This document shows positions 1-12,560 of a stretch of DNA of 24,325 bases, piece after piece (the stretch's first letter is position 1; the number at the start of each line of letters is the position of its first letter). The DNA comes from Octopus sinensis (Eukaryota). A model generated the notes under the pieces. The model was given only the letters and a program-made list of their open reading frames with translations. It did not search any database and was not told the origin of the DNA. Made by a program: the position numbers and the translations under genes. The stretch lies in the NCBI RefSeq assembly GCF_006345805.1, contig NW_021836422.1, forward strand, positions 1 through 24,325, in the 5' to 3' direction.

Positions 1-747
1 CATAAATATATTCATACGCGCACCTGTGGATGCATACATTCATACGTACATGCATGATGTGTGTAGGTGGGATCCATTAAGAATTAGTTCCATATAATTT
101 TCTTTGCTTTTGCTGTTTACCAACAGAGAGAACATAGACCTCCATAGATCTCACTGTTATTATAAGGCAAGAGTAATTCTACAGCAAGCGGTTTGTGAAT
201 AAAGTTTAAAGATATATAATTCAAACATGGAATGTTCTCGATATTAATTTGCAACATCAAAGCGATGTTTACGTGATTGTGTTTGTGAAAATGTGCATCT
301 ATAAATCACTTCGATAAATTATATTGTAGAAATGTTATAGAAAAATGTACGTAGATATTTTCGTGTCTTCGTGTCATTCAATGGAAGAATTTGTGATGAG
401 AATTTAAATATTTGCAAACAGATATATTATCATCGTATGAATACTGACTTTTAAACATATACATTCAATTGGAAATTCTGTCGAGGCTAGGCCAGGGTAG
501 TAAAGCGCTATGAATTGATAATGAATGAAATAAAGCAGCACAATTATTCCTTTCAGGATTCCATGCCAGCAGCAGAGGGTGCTTTTCTTGAGTGGAAACA
601 AGGAACGCTCAATAGGAAGAATGATCAGAATATATCTTTACGTAACTTTATCGATAAAATTAACTCTACTGGTTACGCTGTTCTCATTGGTCAATCAATA
701 CATTTGTCAGGGTCATGTGAAATGTAGGCAGTGGAAATTATGTCACT

Positions 748-1005
748 ATTATAATATATATATATATATATATAATATATAATATATATATATACATATA
801 TGTATATCGATATATATATATATATATTACTATATGTATATTGTATGTATGTATATGTATATACATAGGTATGTATGCTGTATGTAAGTTGAATGCGTGT
901 ATAAAATATATAAATGTAGATATTATATATACGTATGTGTGTATATATATATATATACACCATATATGTATACTTATATTTATATATATATACTATATAT
1001 TATAT

Positions 1006-1056
<51 letters not shown>

Positions 1057-1064
1057 ATATATAC
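748..1064. repeat. Interrupted (TA)n microsatellite complex
   Basis: Long TA runs with TG/CA interruptions. Source of the YI-rich ORFs 691..963 and 841..1110. Confidence 0.95.
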
Positions 1065-2707
1065 TCAGAACACACTTATATTCATATATTTGTATATGCA
1101 TACCTTTTGAGTAGAAGGAACAGGAAAAATGGACCCAATACATAATTTTAAAGAAAAAAACATGTGACTCAAGGGCAGAGAGTTTCGTGCAAGCCATTAT
1201 CGCTCTAGATCTACGGAGCTGATGTCAATCGAAACAGGAACACACCATCCAAGCACGTCAATGTATGAAGGTTCCTAAACGATATTCCGATGTATCAGAT
1301 TCAGCAACCAAAGCTTCTGGGGGAAAAAAAACATGAAAATGCACCCTGCTTTCTTAATTATAACGAACCAAACCCTTAATTCAACTCAGATATATATCAT
1401 TAAAACCTCTCCATCTACGTACACATCTCCATTTTTCCCGTCCTCACGGATTAGTTTAATCTCGATAATATCAGGTAGCAACCCATCTACATTCCAGGAC
1501 GTTTTACGTACGTTTTGGATGAATCATGATAAAGTCATGCACCGATACTCCACACCGATAATTACATATATCTAATTATTTCTGTTATCTTTGAATACCG
1601 GATACAATTATCACATGATATCATTTGGAACGTGTTTCACAAATATTGAAACACAAGTCAACCATTCTCCTTCTCGATTCTTTACATTCTATATTTCCCT
1701 TTTCATGTCTAATTGCTCTATCACCACATCTACAAATGGATTCTAGCAACTAAATTATCCTTCCTGATGGCTAATGCACATACTAAAGCACTTTCTGTTA
1801 ATAAATAGGATTTCGATTAAGATGTCCTACCGGATGTTTACTATGATGACATACGTGATTTTATAGCGCACGATGTCTTGCATTTTAAACCACTGTGCAA
1901 ACACACACGCCACCTATCAATCTCAATTCTAGTTAATAGTTGTGACCAATGGCTCGACTGGGATTTTCACAAGGTATAAACGAAGGATCTATTTTGTTCT
2001 GACGAATGCAAATTCAAATCTAGTAATCTGTTCTCTAGTTTAGCGTAAACGCATTCCCGTTAGAAATGTTACAGAATCTATTTGTTGCTATTTCGATCCA
2101 TCTCGGCTCTTACCGAAACAAACTTAATCACGAAAAGCATTCTAATTGTGGCCATCCCCATCTGCTTATAACGCAATATTTCCAAAACTACATTATCAGA
2201 CAACGTACAATTCTATTTCTAAGAGAGTAAGGTTGGCACAAGTGGAATTTCTCTGCTGTTTTTAGCAAAACAGAGGTACATATGCATTAGTGGTTGTTCG
2301 ATATGCAGCAATTCGTGTTTAGTTGAAAATTGAAGTTATATATATGTATATATTAGTGTATATTTTCGCGGGTGTGTATGCGCATGTGTGTGTACAAAGA
2401 CACACAGACCCATGATGGCTTAGTTGGTCGAAACTTCTAAGCTATATAGTTGTACTCTCCAAAAAGTATAGCCTAACCCATCAGATTAATGTAATATTGT
2501 TTATATTATAACTGAACATATAAACAAATATTCACATTGTTAATTCCGACTCCAATTCTTCACTACGCCATACATATTTCCATTATGACCCAAATCACCG
2601 TCATGGTGGCCTCCCAGGTGGACTTCTCCGATCTCTACGATACCGAAAAGGAGAGCAACGGTTTCGTATTGTAACTATATATTGATATTATTGATATTAT
2701 ATAGCAG

Positions 2708-2935
2708 GGCGGCGAGCTGGCAGAATCGTTAGCACGAAGGGCGAAATGCTATTCGGTATTTTCTCTGCCGTTACGATCTGAGTTCAAATTCCGCCGAGGT
2801 CGACTATGCGTTTCATCCTTTCGAGGGCGATTAAATAAGTACCAGTTTCACACTGGGGTCGATGTAATTGACTTAATCACTTTGTCCGTCCTTGTTCCCC
2901 TCTTTGCTAAGCCCCGGGTGGGCAATAAAAAAAAA
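2708..2935 (+). mobile_element. tRNA-derived SINE, family A (octopus type), near full length
   Basis: Head GGCGGCGAGCTGGCAGAATCG (A-box-like TGGCAGAATCG) and B-box-like GAGTTCAAATTCC. Body CCGAGGTCGACT..TTTCATCCTTTCG..AAGTACCAG, A-rich/ATT tail. The same body recurs at 6059, 15610, 23396-23805 and 24286. ATATAGCA flanks both sides (2699-2706 and 2946-2953). Confidence 0.9.
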
Positions 2936-3087
2936 TTATTATATCATATAGCACTCATGAACTGAAGATTCTTGATGACCATCACTCCTGAAGAGCGAAC
3001 TCAAGAAACAACATCGTAAAACCATAATTTTGAAATAAAAGCAACACGAAATGAAATACCTTACTCAAGAATCATTGAGATTACTTA

Positions 3088-3155
3088 TTCAGGAACAGAA
3101 CCCACGGCTCTACGATCGAGACCGTAGCACGGCGAACCACTAGACCATGTGTCGT
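3088..3155 (-). mobile_element. Isolated degenerate tRNA-like SINE head (probably family C)
   Basis: Minus strand reads TGGTCTAGTGG (A box), CTACG-gtctcgat-CGTAG (anticodon-arm-like hairpin), GGTTCTGTTCCTG (degenerate B box). No body follows. Confidence 0.55.
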
Positions 3156-3394
3156 CACTACATTTTACAGAAAATCTAAGATGAAAATAAGAGAGAGCTT
3201 GTGTCGATGGTGCTGTTGCAACATATGCTCGAGACTTTGGTTTCAGGGTAACTGTACAGTGACTTATAAGAGTTTACTAAGAGTTATTTTAAGTTATTGA
3301 CATTTTAAACTGCAGCACAACAGATCAAACGGAACACAAAATAAATAGCAAAGAATAACATACACGAAACGTTACTGTAAACAGCTCACATTAT

Positions 3395-3464
3395 ACACAC
3401 ACATGTGTGAATGTATCGGCATAATCATACACATATACGTACATATATATGTGTGTGTGTGTGA

Positions 3465-3512
<48 letters not shown>

Positions 3513-4170
3513 TGTGTATGCGTGTATGCATGAAGGGGGGTTGGAAAGAGAGAGGCTTGGGTAGCAAGTGCAAATAAGTGGAATGACTTCAAAGTACGAT
3601 ATATACACCTGTGTGAACAACGTAGAGAAGTGTGTGCTCTTTATTGTGTATATGCATGTGTTATGTATGTAGTAAGATGTATAGATAGATACATAGCTGA
3701 TATATATGTATATCAGCTATGTATATATATGCATATATATATATATGCATATATATATACATACATACACACATATACACTCACACATATATATACACAC
3801 ACACATATATACAAACACACACAAATAAACATATATATATTCATACATATATATATATATACATGTATATGCACAATACGCACACATACATAGATACAAA
3901 CACAGATGTATGCATATATATCTATAATTTCTATGCTTTCGCGGGGTTTTTTTCAGTTTTAGGGTTAAATATATGCTTATATATATACATACATAAGTAT
4001 ATATATAAAATAATATATATATATAAATAAATATATATATATATAAATATCTATATATATATTTAACACACACATATATATGCATACATGTGTATATGTT
4101 TAGTAACGCAGTGTGGTGGGTGGGAATGTGTGTTTGAGTGTGTATGTATGTATTTGTGCGTGTGTGTATG
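3395..4170. repeat. Compound (TA)n/(CA)n/(TG)n microsatellite region
   Basis: Dinucleotide runs, including a pure (TA)n at about 3467-3508. Source of several YI/HT/VC ORFs. Confidence 0.9.
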
Positions 4171-4319
4171 CAAAAAGGAACATAGTATTTTTTCTAGACG
4201 TTTCCGGAAATGAACAGTCTGCAAGCTCCAACTTCCGTTTCTAACGGTTCATTTTTTTCTTTAATGTTTTTTCAGGGTTTCTTGCTTTTTCGTGGCTTCT
4301 TGCGGTGTATATTCTTTCA

Positions 4320-4840
4320 TATACGTCCATATATTCACATATATGTATATAAGTACACACTCATGTGCTAATATATGTATATATACATATATATACATAT
4401 ATGCACATATAGATGAAGTAATATGTATTTATATAAGTATATGATATAGATTTCTGAGTCTATGTGTGTGTGCGTGTGAATATATACCTGCATATATGCT
4501 TATACTTACACGTTTAATGTCTACCTATATGTATATATACACCTATATATCTTTGTGTACATACTTTTTGATAACTACATCTGAACAGAATATTCTAGTT
4601 GTTTGCGAAAGAGTATGTTATTGCGTATATAAGCTAAGAATATATTATTGCGTATATATGCTATTATATACGCAATAATATATTGTGCCTGTATATATAT
4701 TCTCCTTATTCTGCCTGTATATATATATATATATATATACGCTTACATACATATGTTCATACACATACTCACACACACACACACATATGTCTATATAAAC
4801 GTTTGAGTGTTTGTATGTAAATGTGTGCATGTATATATAC

Positions 4841-4875
<35 letters not shown>

Positions 4876-4880
4876 GTGTA
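4320..4880. repeat. Degenerate TA/CA-rich microsatellite region
   Basis: Interrupted TATG/TACA/TA runs. Confidence 0.8.
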
Positions 4881-5000
4881 TGCGACCAATCCGCCATGTT
4901 GTTGTTTACAACACTGGAGTAACATAGCTTTCTTATCTTGTATCTCTCTTATCTCCTCTCTGTCTGTCTTTTTCAATATCACCCTCACCCTTTCTCTTCA

Positions 5001-5004
<4 letters not shown>

Positions 5005-5048
<44 letters not shown>

Positions 5049-5107
5049 TCCAATTCTCACTATATTTGTACGTCTTTCTGTCTCTCTTACTCTTTGTCCC
5101 AATCTGT

Positions 5108-5142
<35 letters not shown>

Positions 5143-5227
5143 GTTTCTTTCTTCAGACCAAATTATGATTATTATTAGCTCCATTGTTTACCTCACTCTC
5201 TTCCTGTATAACTGTTGCCACGCATTG

Positions 5228-5255
<28 letters not shown>
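5005..5255. repeat. Three (CT)n tracts in a polypyrimidine block
   Basis: (CT)n at about 5005-5042, 5112-5138 and 5228-5254. Source of the LS/ER ORFs. Confidence 0.95.
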
Positions 5256-5259
<4 letters not shown>

Positions 5260-5904
5260 GTCTCTTCTTCCATCTCTCTTTTCCAGTCTTTCTTTTTAAA
5301 TATGTTTTTTATCTTTGTTTGTGTTTATTCTTCTTTCTTCTCCATCTCGTCATAATACCAAATAATAGTGATCACCAGTTTCTACTGTCAGATGTTTAGA
5401 GTGAATGCCTTTGTAGCAGTGAATGTCTTAATGAACAGTTCACAGATGTGATGTATGTCGTTCATTCTAGGTCTTTCTCTGACTTCACCACTGCCTCTCG
5501 CTGTCATACGCCTTCGCTTCGACATCCTCCTGCTCCCTCCCGCCTTCTTATTCCTCACACAATTTCCTTTGATCTGTTTCTTCTCCTTTAGAGCACGTAC
5601 AGAATATGTTTCGTCAGACTTAATTAAGATATAGAAATGAAAATGGCGGCAGCCCAGTGGAAGAGACGCTGGATTAATATTTCCGGCATTATAAGTTCAA
5701 ACGAGTTGCAGTTAATATCGTAAAGTTTAGCAACAAGATACTGTATTGTGCAACCCCTCAGTTCAACTAGTTACCATCAAGATGTAGGAAAGTAGAAAGC
5801 AGTGCATTGTGGGACCTGATCCTGATATCCTGGTAGTTATTTATACACACTGGAGTCGCTGTAAACCACTATCTTCTTCTTACTTGTGCCACACTTTGAA
5901 ACCA

Positions 5905-5958
5905 TTATTATTGTTATTGTTATTATTATTATTATTGTTGTTGTTGTTATTATTGTTG

Positions 5959-6027
<69 letters not shown>

Positions 6028-6045
6028 CATTATAATCATTAATGT
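5905..6045. repeat. (ATT)n/(GTT)n trinucleotide array
   Basis: Direct reading. Gives the poly-Leu/poly-Ile ORF 5809..6042. Confidence 0.95.
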
Positions 6046-6058
6046 TATTATCATTTAA

Positions 6059-6249
6059 GGCGGCGATCTAACAGAATCGTCTGCTCCCCGGGTGAAATGC
6101 CTAGGTGGCATTTCATTCGTCTCTACTTTCTGATTTCATATTCTGCCGAGGTCTAATGTTTTCCTTTCCGCCTCTCGGTATCTATGAAATAAGTTAGACT
6201 TTCTCCTCACCCGAACTTACTGCCCTGGTGCCAACATTCGAAACCAATA
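6059..6249 (+). mobile_element. tRNA-derived SINE, family A, diverged copy
   Basis: GGCGGCGATCTAACAGAATCG..GAAATGCCTAG..CTGATTTCATATTCTGCCGAGGTC aligns by eye with 2708-2935. Its tail variant GCCCTGGTGCCAACATTCGAAACCAAT matches the reverse complement of the tail at 23706-23735. Confidence 0.8.
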
Positions 6250-6334
6250 CCTTTTTCAATAAGGTTTGTATTTGGTAAAGAGTAGAGTTGGAATAGTAAA
6301 TATTGTCTTACCTATTTTTCTGTATTTAAATCTT

Positions 6335-6398
6335 CATCATGATCATGATCATGATCATCATCATCATCATCATCACCATCCTTATCATCATCATCATC
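6335..6398. repeat. (ATC)n / (ATCATG)n array
   Basis: Direct reading. Confidence 0.9.
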
Positions 6399-6684
6399 GT
6401 ATAGCTAGTATAGTGAGTTCAAAATCATCAACCATAGATTAACAACATATGAAATTATTCGCACGAGGTAACGATATCTCGTTTATCTAGTGCGTTTTTT
6501 AATGTTATATTACGGTTTATAATCGAATTTTCTGTTGAGCTTGTATTTCTTCGGTATTTTTCCTATATTTATCGTTTTGGACATGTCACACGAGTACACT
6601 TTCTCTTGTACCAACACAGAGCAGAGCGAATTCTAACACCATTATATACTGCACAAAACCTAACGCTATAGCGCAAGTTCAGAC

Positions 6685-6745
6685 ATACTCACACACAAAC
6701 ACACACACAAACACACCACACACACACACACACACACACACACAT
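6685..6745. repeat. (CA)n microsatellite
   Basis: Direct reading. Confidence 0.9.
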
Positions 6746-7294
6746 GGACTCAGATAAACATGCACAAACGAACCTACAAACGGACAGACAGACAAATACG
6801 AGCTCGTGTCGTTCACAAAGGTTTTCAAGCAGAAGAGCATAAGGATAAGCACTTTCTTCAAACATTTATTTCATATTTCTAAAAACTTTCATTCAGTGGA
6901 TATTTCATAACGAAACCGGGTTCCTATTATCAGCGGATGGTCGGACACGAGTACCTCTGGGTACTGAAAGTCGGTGCTTTCCAGATATAATGTATTAAAA
7001 AGCAATCTACATTTGCATTGAATCCGGAAATCTTTGCTTGTAGTCAACACTGTCGAATACTGAGAATGAGTGCTCAACGCAACACCGGGGGATGTGTGTA
7101 TTTGGTAAAACAAATGTAAAAGAGGCTAATTTTGCCCTGCACCAACAAGACTTATGCTCTAAAATCGATAAAAAAATTATAGTGATTTGCCGTAAGGAGT
7201 GGGAAATTTAACGTTTTGTATACAATCCTTTTCCGAGAGAAAGTTTGAAAGGAGAAGATTTAATGAGAGATATCCTAGTTTTACATTTTCTCTG

Positions 7295-7370
7295 ATATAC
7301 ATATATGTGCATATATACATGTGTGTGTGAGTTTGTGTCTGTGATAGAGAGAGAGAGAAAGAGTATATAA

Positions 7371-7407
<37 letters not shown>

Positions 7408-7578
7408 TAGATAGATAGATAGGTAGATAGATAGATAGATAGATAGATAGATGATAGATAGATAGATATATAGATATAGATATATACATATATGTATATA
7501 TGCATATATACAAATACACACACGCACGCACACACACATACATGTAAAGTATGTACATATACATGTATACATAGAGAT

Positions 7579-7612
<34 letters not shown>

Positions 7613-7800
7613 TTTCACATATGAGATGAAGGCATTCCCGTATATGTATATAAATATAATCACTATATACTACACTGTCTATAATATATGCATATATATA
7701 TATGTGTGTGTGTGTTTGTGTATACATATATATATATATATATATATTGGTGTGTGTATGTGTGTGTATTTATATTTATATTTATATTTATATTTATATG
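7295..7800. repeat. Compound (TA)n-(GA)n-(GATA)n-(CA)n-(TTTATA)n array
   Basis: Direct reading. Source of the YLSI/YI ORFs. Confidence 0.9.
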
Positions 7801-8160
7801 ATGACTGGAACATCCGTAAACGCTTCCGTGGGTTCCCTACACAGACTTAAAGAGAAGAGATGGTCATTACTAAAGCACCTTTGATATCACAGGCCACTTC
7901 AGCCGGCAGTGACCCCTGGCTAAAGACCACTAACACCAAAAACAAAACTAACAACGACAACAACTATATATATATATATATATATACACGTGTGTACACG
8001 TTCACAAACACACACACACGTTGTCAGTAAATATAATGAAACGTATTTTCAAGTTAGATATCAAAAGCTTGGCAAATCCATCCATTAAATTCTCTCCGTG
8101 TCTTTTTGATGTTAGACCAAAGTCTTGCACTACGTCTTTACATTATTCTTTCATTTTGCT

Positions 8161-8264
8161 ACCATCATCATCATCACCATCATCCTCATCAGCCTCATCA
8201 TCATCATCATTATTTTCGTTGATATTATTGTTTCTGTTATTGTTTTTATTATTACTTAATCCCC

Positions 8265-8331
<67 letters not shown>

Positions 8332-8338
8332 CTATTAT

Positions 8339-8404
<66 letters not shown>

Positions 8405-8440
8405 AAAATACTACTACTACTACTATTATTATTATTATTC
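8161..8440. repeat. (CAT)n then (ATT)n-(ACT)n-(ATT)n triplet arrays
   Basis: Direct reading. Gives the poly-S/poly-Y/poly-L ORF 8021..8641. Confidence 0.95.
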
Positions 8441-8789
8441 ATTGTTCGCTGTCATTTTCCCCGGTGTTTTATGTTATTTATGTTATTTATTGTTTTTTTT
8501 TATCTTTTGTTTTCGGGATTTTATTGGTCTTGTTCGCAGCATTATTGTTTGTTTCTGATATCTTCATATAAAAATAAATCGTTCGTGCATTTCATATCAG
8601 ATGAAATATATATAACTCATTCAAATTTCTATCATGGCTGATTCTCTCTGAGATGATAAGCTGCCATCTTGATTGGTTTGCTTGTTAAAATGCTTTCATT
8701 CTGTTTCTGGCGATTTTTTTTATGTTTTGTCGTTGTTTTTTTTTCATTTTCCTTTTTAGATTTGTATGTTTGTGAAGTCGCGGTGACGG

Positions 8790-9175
8790 GGTATTATATT
8801 TTATTGCTGTTATTGTTGTTGTTGCTGCTGCGGTTATCGTCATTGTAGCTGTTGCTGTCCATATTGTGGCTGTTGTTTTTGCTATTAATTTTGTTGTTGA
8901 TCGTACTCCTGCTTCTATTTTTATTATTACTGATGTTGTTGTTGGTATTATTGTTGTTACTTCTACTATTGTTATTTTTGTTCTTACTACTCATGATGTT
9001 GTTATTGTCATTCTTGCGTGGTTGCTGTTGTTATCGTTTACGTTATTGTTGCTTCCATTCTGTTAGCCACAAAATATGGATACGTATTTATGATTGTTTA
9101 CGATTTCCTCCATGCTTCCGTCACATTTTCTAGGTTTTGATATTGGTGTTGTTGTTGTTGTTATGGTAGTCTTCC
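8790..9175. repeat. Decayed (GTT/GCT/ATT)n cryptic triplet repeat
   Basis: 3-nt periodicity of NNT units with many substitutions. Confidence 0.8.
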
Positions 9176-9255
9176 TCGTTGTGGTTTTTACTCAATCCAT
9201 TCTGTGACAAAGAAGATGAAGATGTGGGGAGGAAACTAAGTATAACTTTGAGTAA

Positions 9256-9480
9256 TTTATCTTTTATCTTTTACTTGTTTCAGCACCGTTTTGAAGTACC
9301 CCTGTACTTATTTCTAAAGCATGCTGCCTTTTGCTGATCCGCTAAGTTACACACTAAACGCACTAACACAGGTCGTAAATCGCTGGTTAGGACAAACACA
9401 GAAACAAACACGCATACGCATACGCACACATATAAACACACACACACTCGGCCACACACACACACGCGCGCGCACACATG
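9256..9480 (-). mobile_element. SINE family B 3' half (tail plus internal CA microsatellite), internally deleted
   Basis: TTTATCTTTTATCTTTTACTTGTTTCAG..CCTTTTGCTGATCCGCTAAGTTAC..GGACAAACACAG is the reverse complement of the tail seen at 14560-14773. The segment corresponding to GCCCCAGTATGGCCAC..AATG is missing. Confidence 0.8.
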
Positions 9481-9516
9481 CATATGCTCTTACTATTTTA
9501 CTTGTTTCAGTCGATT

Positions 9517-9764
9517 CCGCTCAAAAGGTTCCTGAATAAGGGTTGTTTAAGAATGTTGAACGAAACACCCATGTTTCCAGAGGTGAATTATTCAACCCCC
9601 AAAGAATCCCTCTCAACACATGGCTATGATGCTTCCCCCACTACTTCTGCTCGTGATCAGAGATGCACATATCGTCAGCCACTAAGGGACATAACCAACT
9701 GGTTAAGGTCAGACAAGTGACAAGCAAATCTGTGGTTTGGGCAGAATATTTGCTGTAGCACATC
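9517..9764. mobile_element. Fragment of an unclassified octopus interspersed repeat
   Basis: Non-microsatellite block (AAGAATCCCTCTCAACACATGGCTATGATGC..GATCAGAGATGCACATATCGTCAGCC..) that I recall as high-copy in Octopus genomes. Single copy in this window, class not determined. Confidence 0.5.
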
Positions 9765-10075
9765 ATGGTGGTGGTGGTGGTGGTTGTGCTTCTGCTGACG
9801 ATGATGATGATGATGATGATAATGACGACGGCAACGACGACGATGATGATGATAATGATGATGATGACGATGACGATGATAATGATGATGATTATGATGA
9901 TGATGATGATGAGGATGATGATGATGATGATAATGACTATGACGATGATAATGATGATGATGGTGATGATGATGATGAAGAGGAGGGGGATGGCGACGAC
10001 GATGATGACAACAACGACGACGATTATGATGATGACAATGATGATGGTGATGACGTCGGCGAATAGGATGACGAT
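9764..10075. repeat. (GGT)n then long (GAT/GAC)n array
   Basis: Direct reading. Open in three frames (poly-D, poly-M, poly-H), as expected for a microsatellite. Confidence 0.95.
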
Positions 10076-10459
10076 CTTGACATCCAGGACAAAAAATTAT
10101 ATTGTTAAAAATTAATAAAACAAACGCTACAAGAAAGAATTGAAGACAATACATTTTATTGATGTTGCTATTGTTCCATGTCTTCCAGTTAATTCCCCGT
10201 CCATTTTCGGTTTCTTTTCCTGTTGCTTTCTTGTTTATCGATATTGCGTCGTTTGAGTGACCAGCAATGGGCATTAATTGTTGAATCCCCCTGTAATTCG
10301 CACCACCCAAGGTCAGATAGTCCTTATATTTAGTCCTTATATTTAGGAAATATTCCTAAAGGAGAAACATTCTCTAAGCATCCAATTTTCGCAAGGAATC
10401 CAATTGCAGAGTTTCCAAAATAGACAGGAAACGAAGACAAATGCAATTTCTTATATATC

Positions 10460-10758
10460 ATGGGATATATATATATATATATATACGTACATTCATGCAT
10501 ACATACATGCATACATACATACATACATACATATAAACATGCATACATATATATACATACATATATAAATAAAGGTGTGTATATATATATATATATATAT
10601 ATACATTTATATATATATGCATCAACATATCTGTATACATAACCATATATATAAATGTGCATCTATACGTGTGTATATATGTATGCATTACATATTTCAT
10701 ATACATATCAACATATAACATGCATATAATATATTTTGCGCTACATAAATACACACGC

Positions 10759-10842
<84 letters not shown>

Positions 10843-10923
10843 ATATGTATGTATGTATATATATATAGAAACACACATACACACACACTCATACACACAC
10901 GCATATATTTACAAAAATGTAGG

Positions 10924-10962
<39 letters not shown>

Positions 10963-11050
10963 AATACATACATGCGCGTGTATATATTTGCGTGTGTGCA
11001 CGAGTGCGTTTGTGTGTAGATATGTATCTATATACATACACACGTGCGCA
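10460..11050. repeat. Compound (TA)n/(ATAC)n/(CA)n region
   Basis: Direct reading. Confidence 0.9.
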
Positions 11051-12142
11051 TCTACAGCAAGAGAAGACGACGAACAATACGCTTTAAAGAAATGAAAGCG
11101 AAACCAAGTTACCTCTTTCGAAAGGAACAAGAACAGCATTAGAACATTATAAATAACCGTCATAGTGTCAGATGTATTCCTCTATAGATTCTTTATGATT
11201 CTTCTCCATATATTTCATTTCTATTCTCATTCATTCGCCTCCTCACCGGTATTTCTTTTCTGTTAGCATTTATATAGTTATTTATTTATTTATCTATTTA
11301 TTTACTTATCTGTTTATTTATTTCTATATTTATTTGTCTATATGTTTCGTCCATCTAGCTTCCGAAATTTTCGTTTATCATTTCGCTCGTAAAAGCTCTC
11401 ACTTAGAAACGGTTGGGCCATTACTTATTTCCTGGCTGATCAAATTGGATTACGCATTAACGCGCAAAGAGGCATTTATATTTATGCACACCATGCATAC
11501 AACCACAAAAGACGCAAGACACACACACACACACATTTAAATACATCCTATCATATATTTATATGTATGTGTATACGTGTGTGTGTGTATGTATATATAA
11601 ACGCAAATATGTATTTGTGAGTTTGTGTATATGTGTTAGCCAGAGTATAAGGATGTATGTATATGTACATTAGTATATATGTACAGATACTCACACCCAT
11701 ATATATAGCATATTGGCACTTTAAAAGTCATATAGGTAAGTAGATATATATGATTCAGAAGATATTGATAAATGTTGCCACGTTGCCACATTGGTCCATG
11801 TGTGTGTTTGTGTGTGTGTGTTTTGTTCACCTTTTGGGAGCAATCCATTTTCTTACATCTGGTCCCTGACCCTTATACAGTAAATACCAATTTATTGTAA
11901 CGTTTTTCTATTGACCCCCTCAAATGAATATTTCGACAAAATAAATAAACGACCATCCCTAGGGAGCACGCAGAGCAGAAGATTTCCTTTAACGAAAGTG
12001 AATGCACTCAGGGCCACATAATGGCTCATGGGATACATGCCACTTTCTCACTCTCAATTCTTTTGTCTCCCACGAAGACACACACTCACACACAGTCCTA
12101 CAAGCCCGTATTAAGTCGCACAACACATTCACATGTGTATGT

Positions 12143-12297
<155 letters not shown>

Positions 12298-12419
12298 ACC
12301 CTTGAGAAACATACCGAAACAAGTGTAGAATGGGAGAGAAGTCGATCCAGATTTCTACATTCACCCATACTTAGACTTTTATAAAATCGTACACACAGCC
12401 CCCTACCACCATCTATCCA

Positions 12420-12436
12420 CGTACGTGTGCATGTGT

Positions 12437-12483
<47 letters not shown>

Positions 12484-12560
12484 TCCGATGACTTTGGTGA
12501 TGAAGACGATGATGGTGGCAGCGATGGTAAGAATAACGTTGATGATCACGATCATTATGA
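12420..12560. repeat. (TG)n followed by decayed (GAT)n
   Basis: Direct reading. Confidence 0.85.

Noticed and set aside
515-727. 70-aa non-repetitive ORF with an internal acceptor-like TCCTTTCAG (556)
   Set aside because: No recognisable motif and only weak donor candidates. An ORF of this length is expected by chance.
1218-1245. CTGATGTCAATCGAAAC hammerhead-like string (similar weak ones at about 2410-2435, 2988-3009 and 20285-20315 minus)
   Set aside because: Each lacks core nucleotides, a stem II or an NUH cleavage triplet with stem I/III pairing, so they are compatible with chance.
3081-3100. 12-nt match (TTCCTGAATAAG) between the minus-strand tRNA-like head and 9529-9540
   Set aside because: Flanks do not align, so it is a short AT-rich coincidence.
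7800-7935. GC-richer unique block between TA arrays
   Set aside because: Short frames end in stops and I cannot match it to any family. It may be a repeat fragment but is unsupported.
9675-10310. Poly-Asp, poly-Met and poly-His ORFs
   Set aside because: A (GAT/GAC)n array open in several frames and on both strands, with no flanking domain or splice support.
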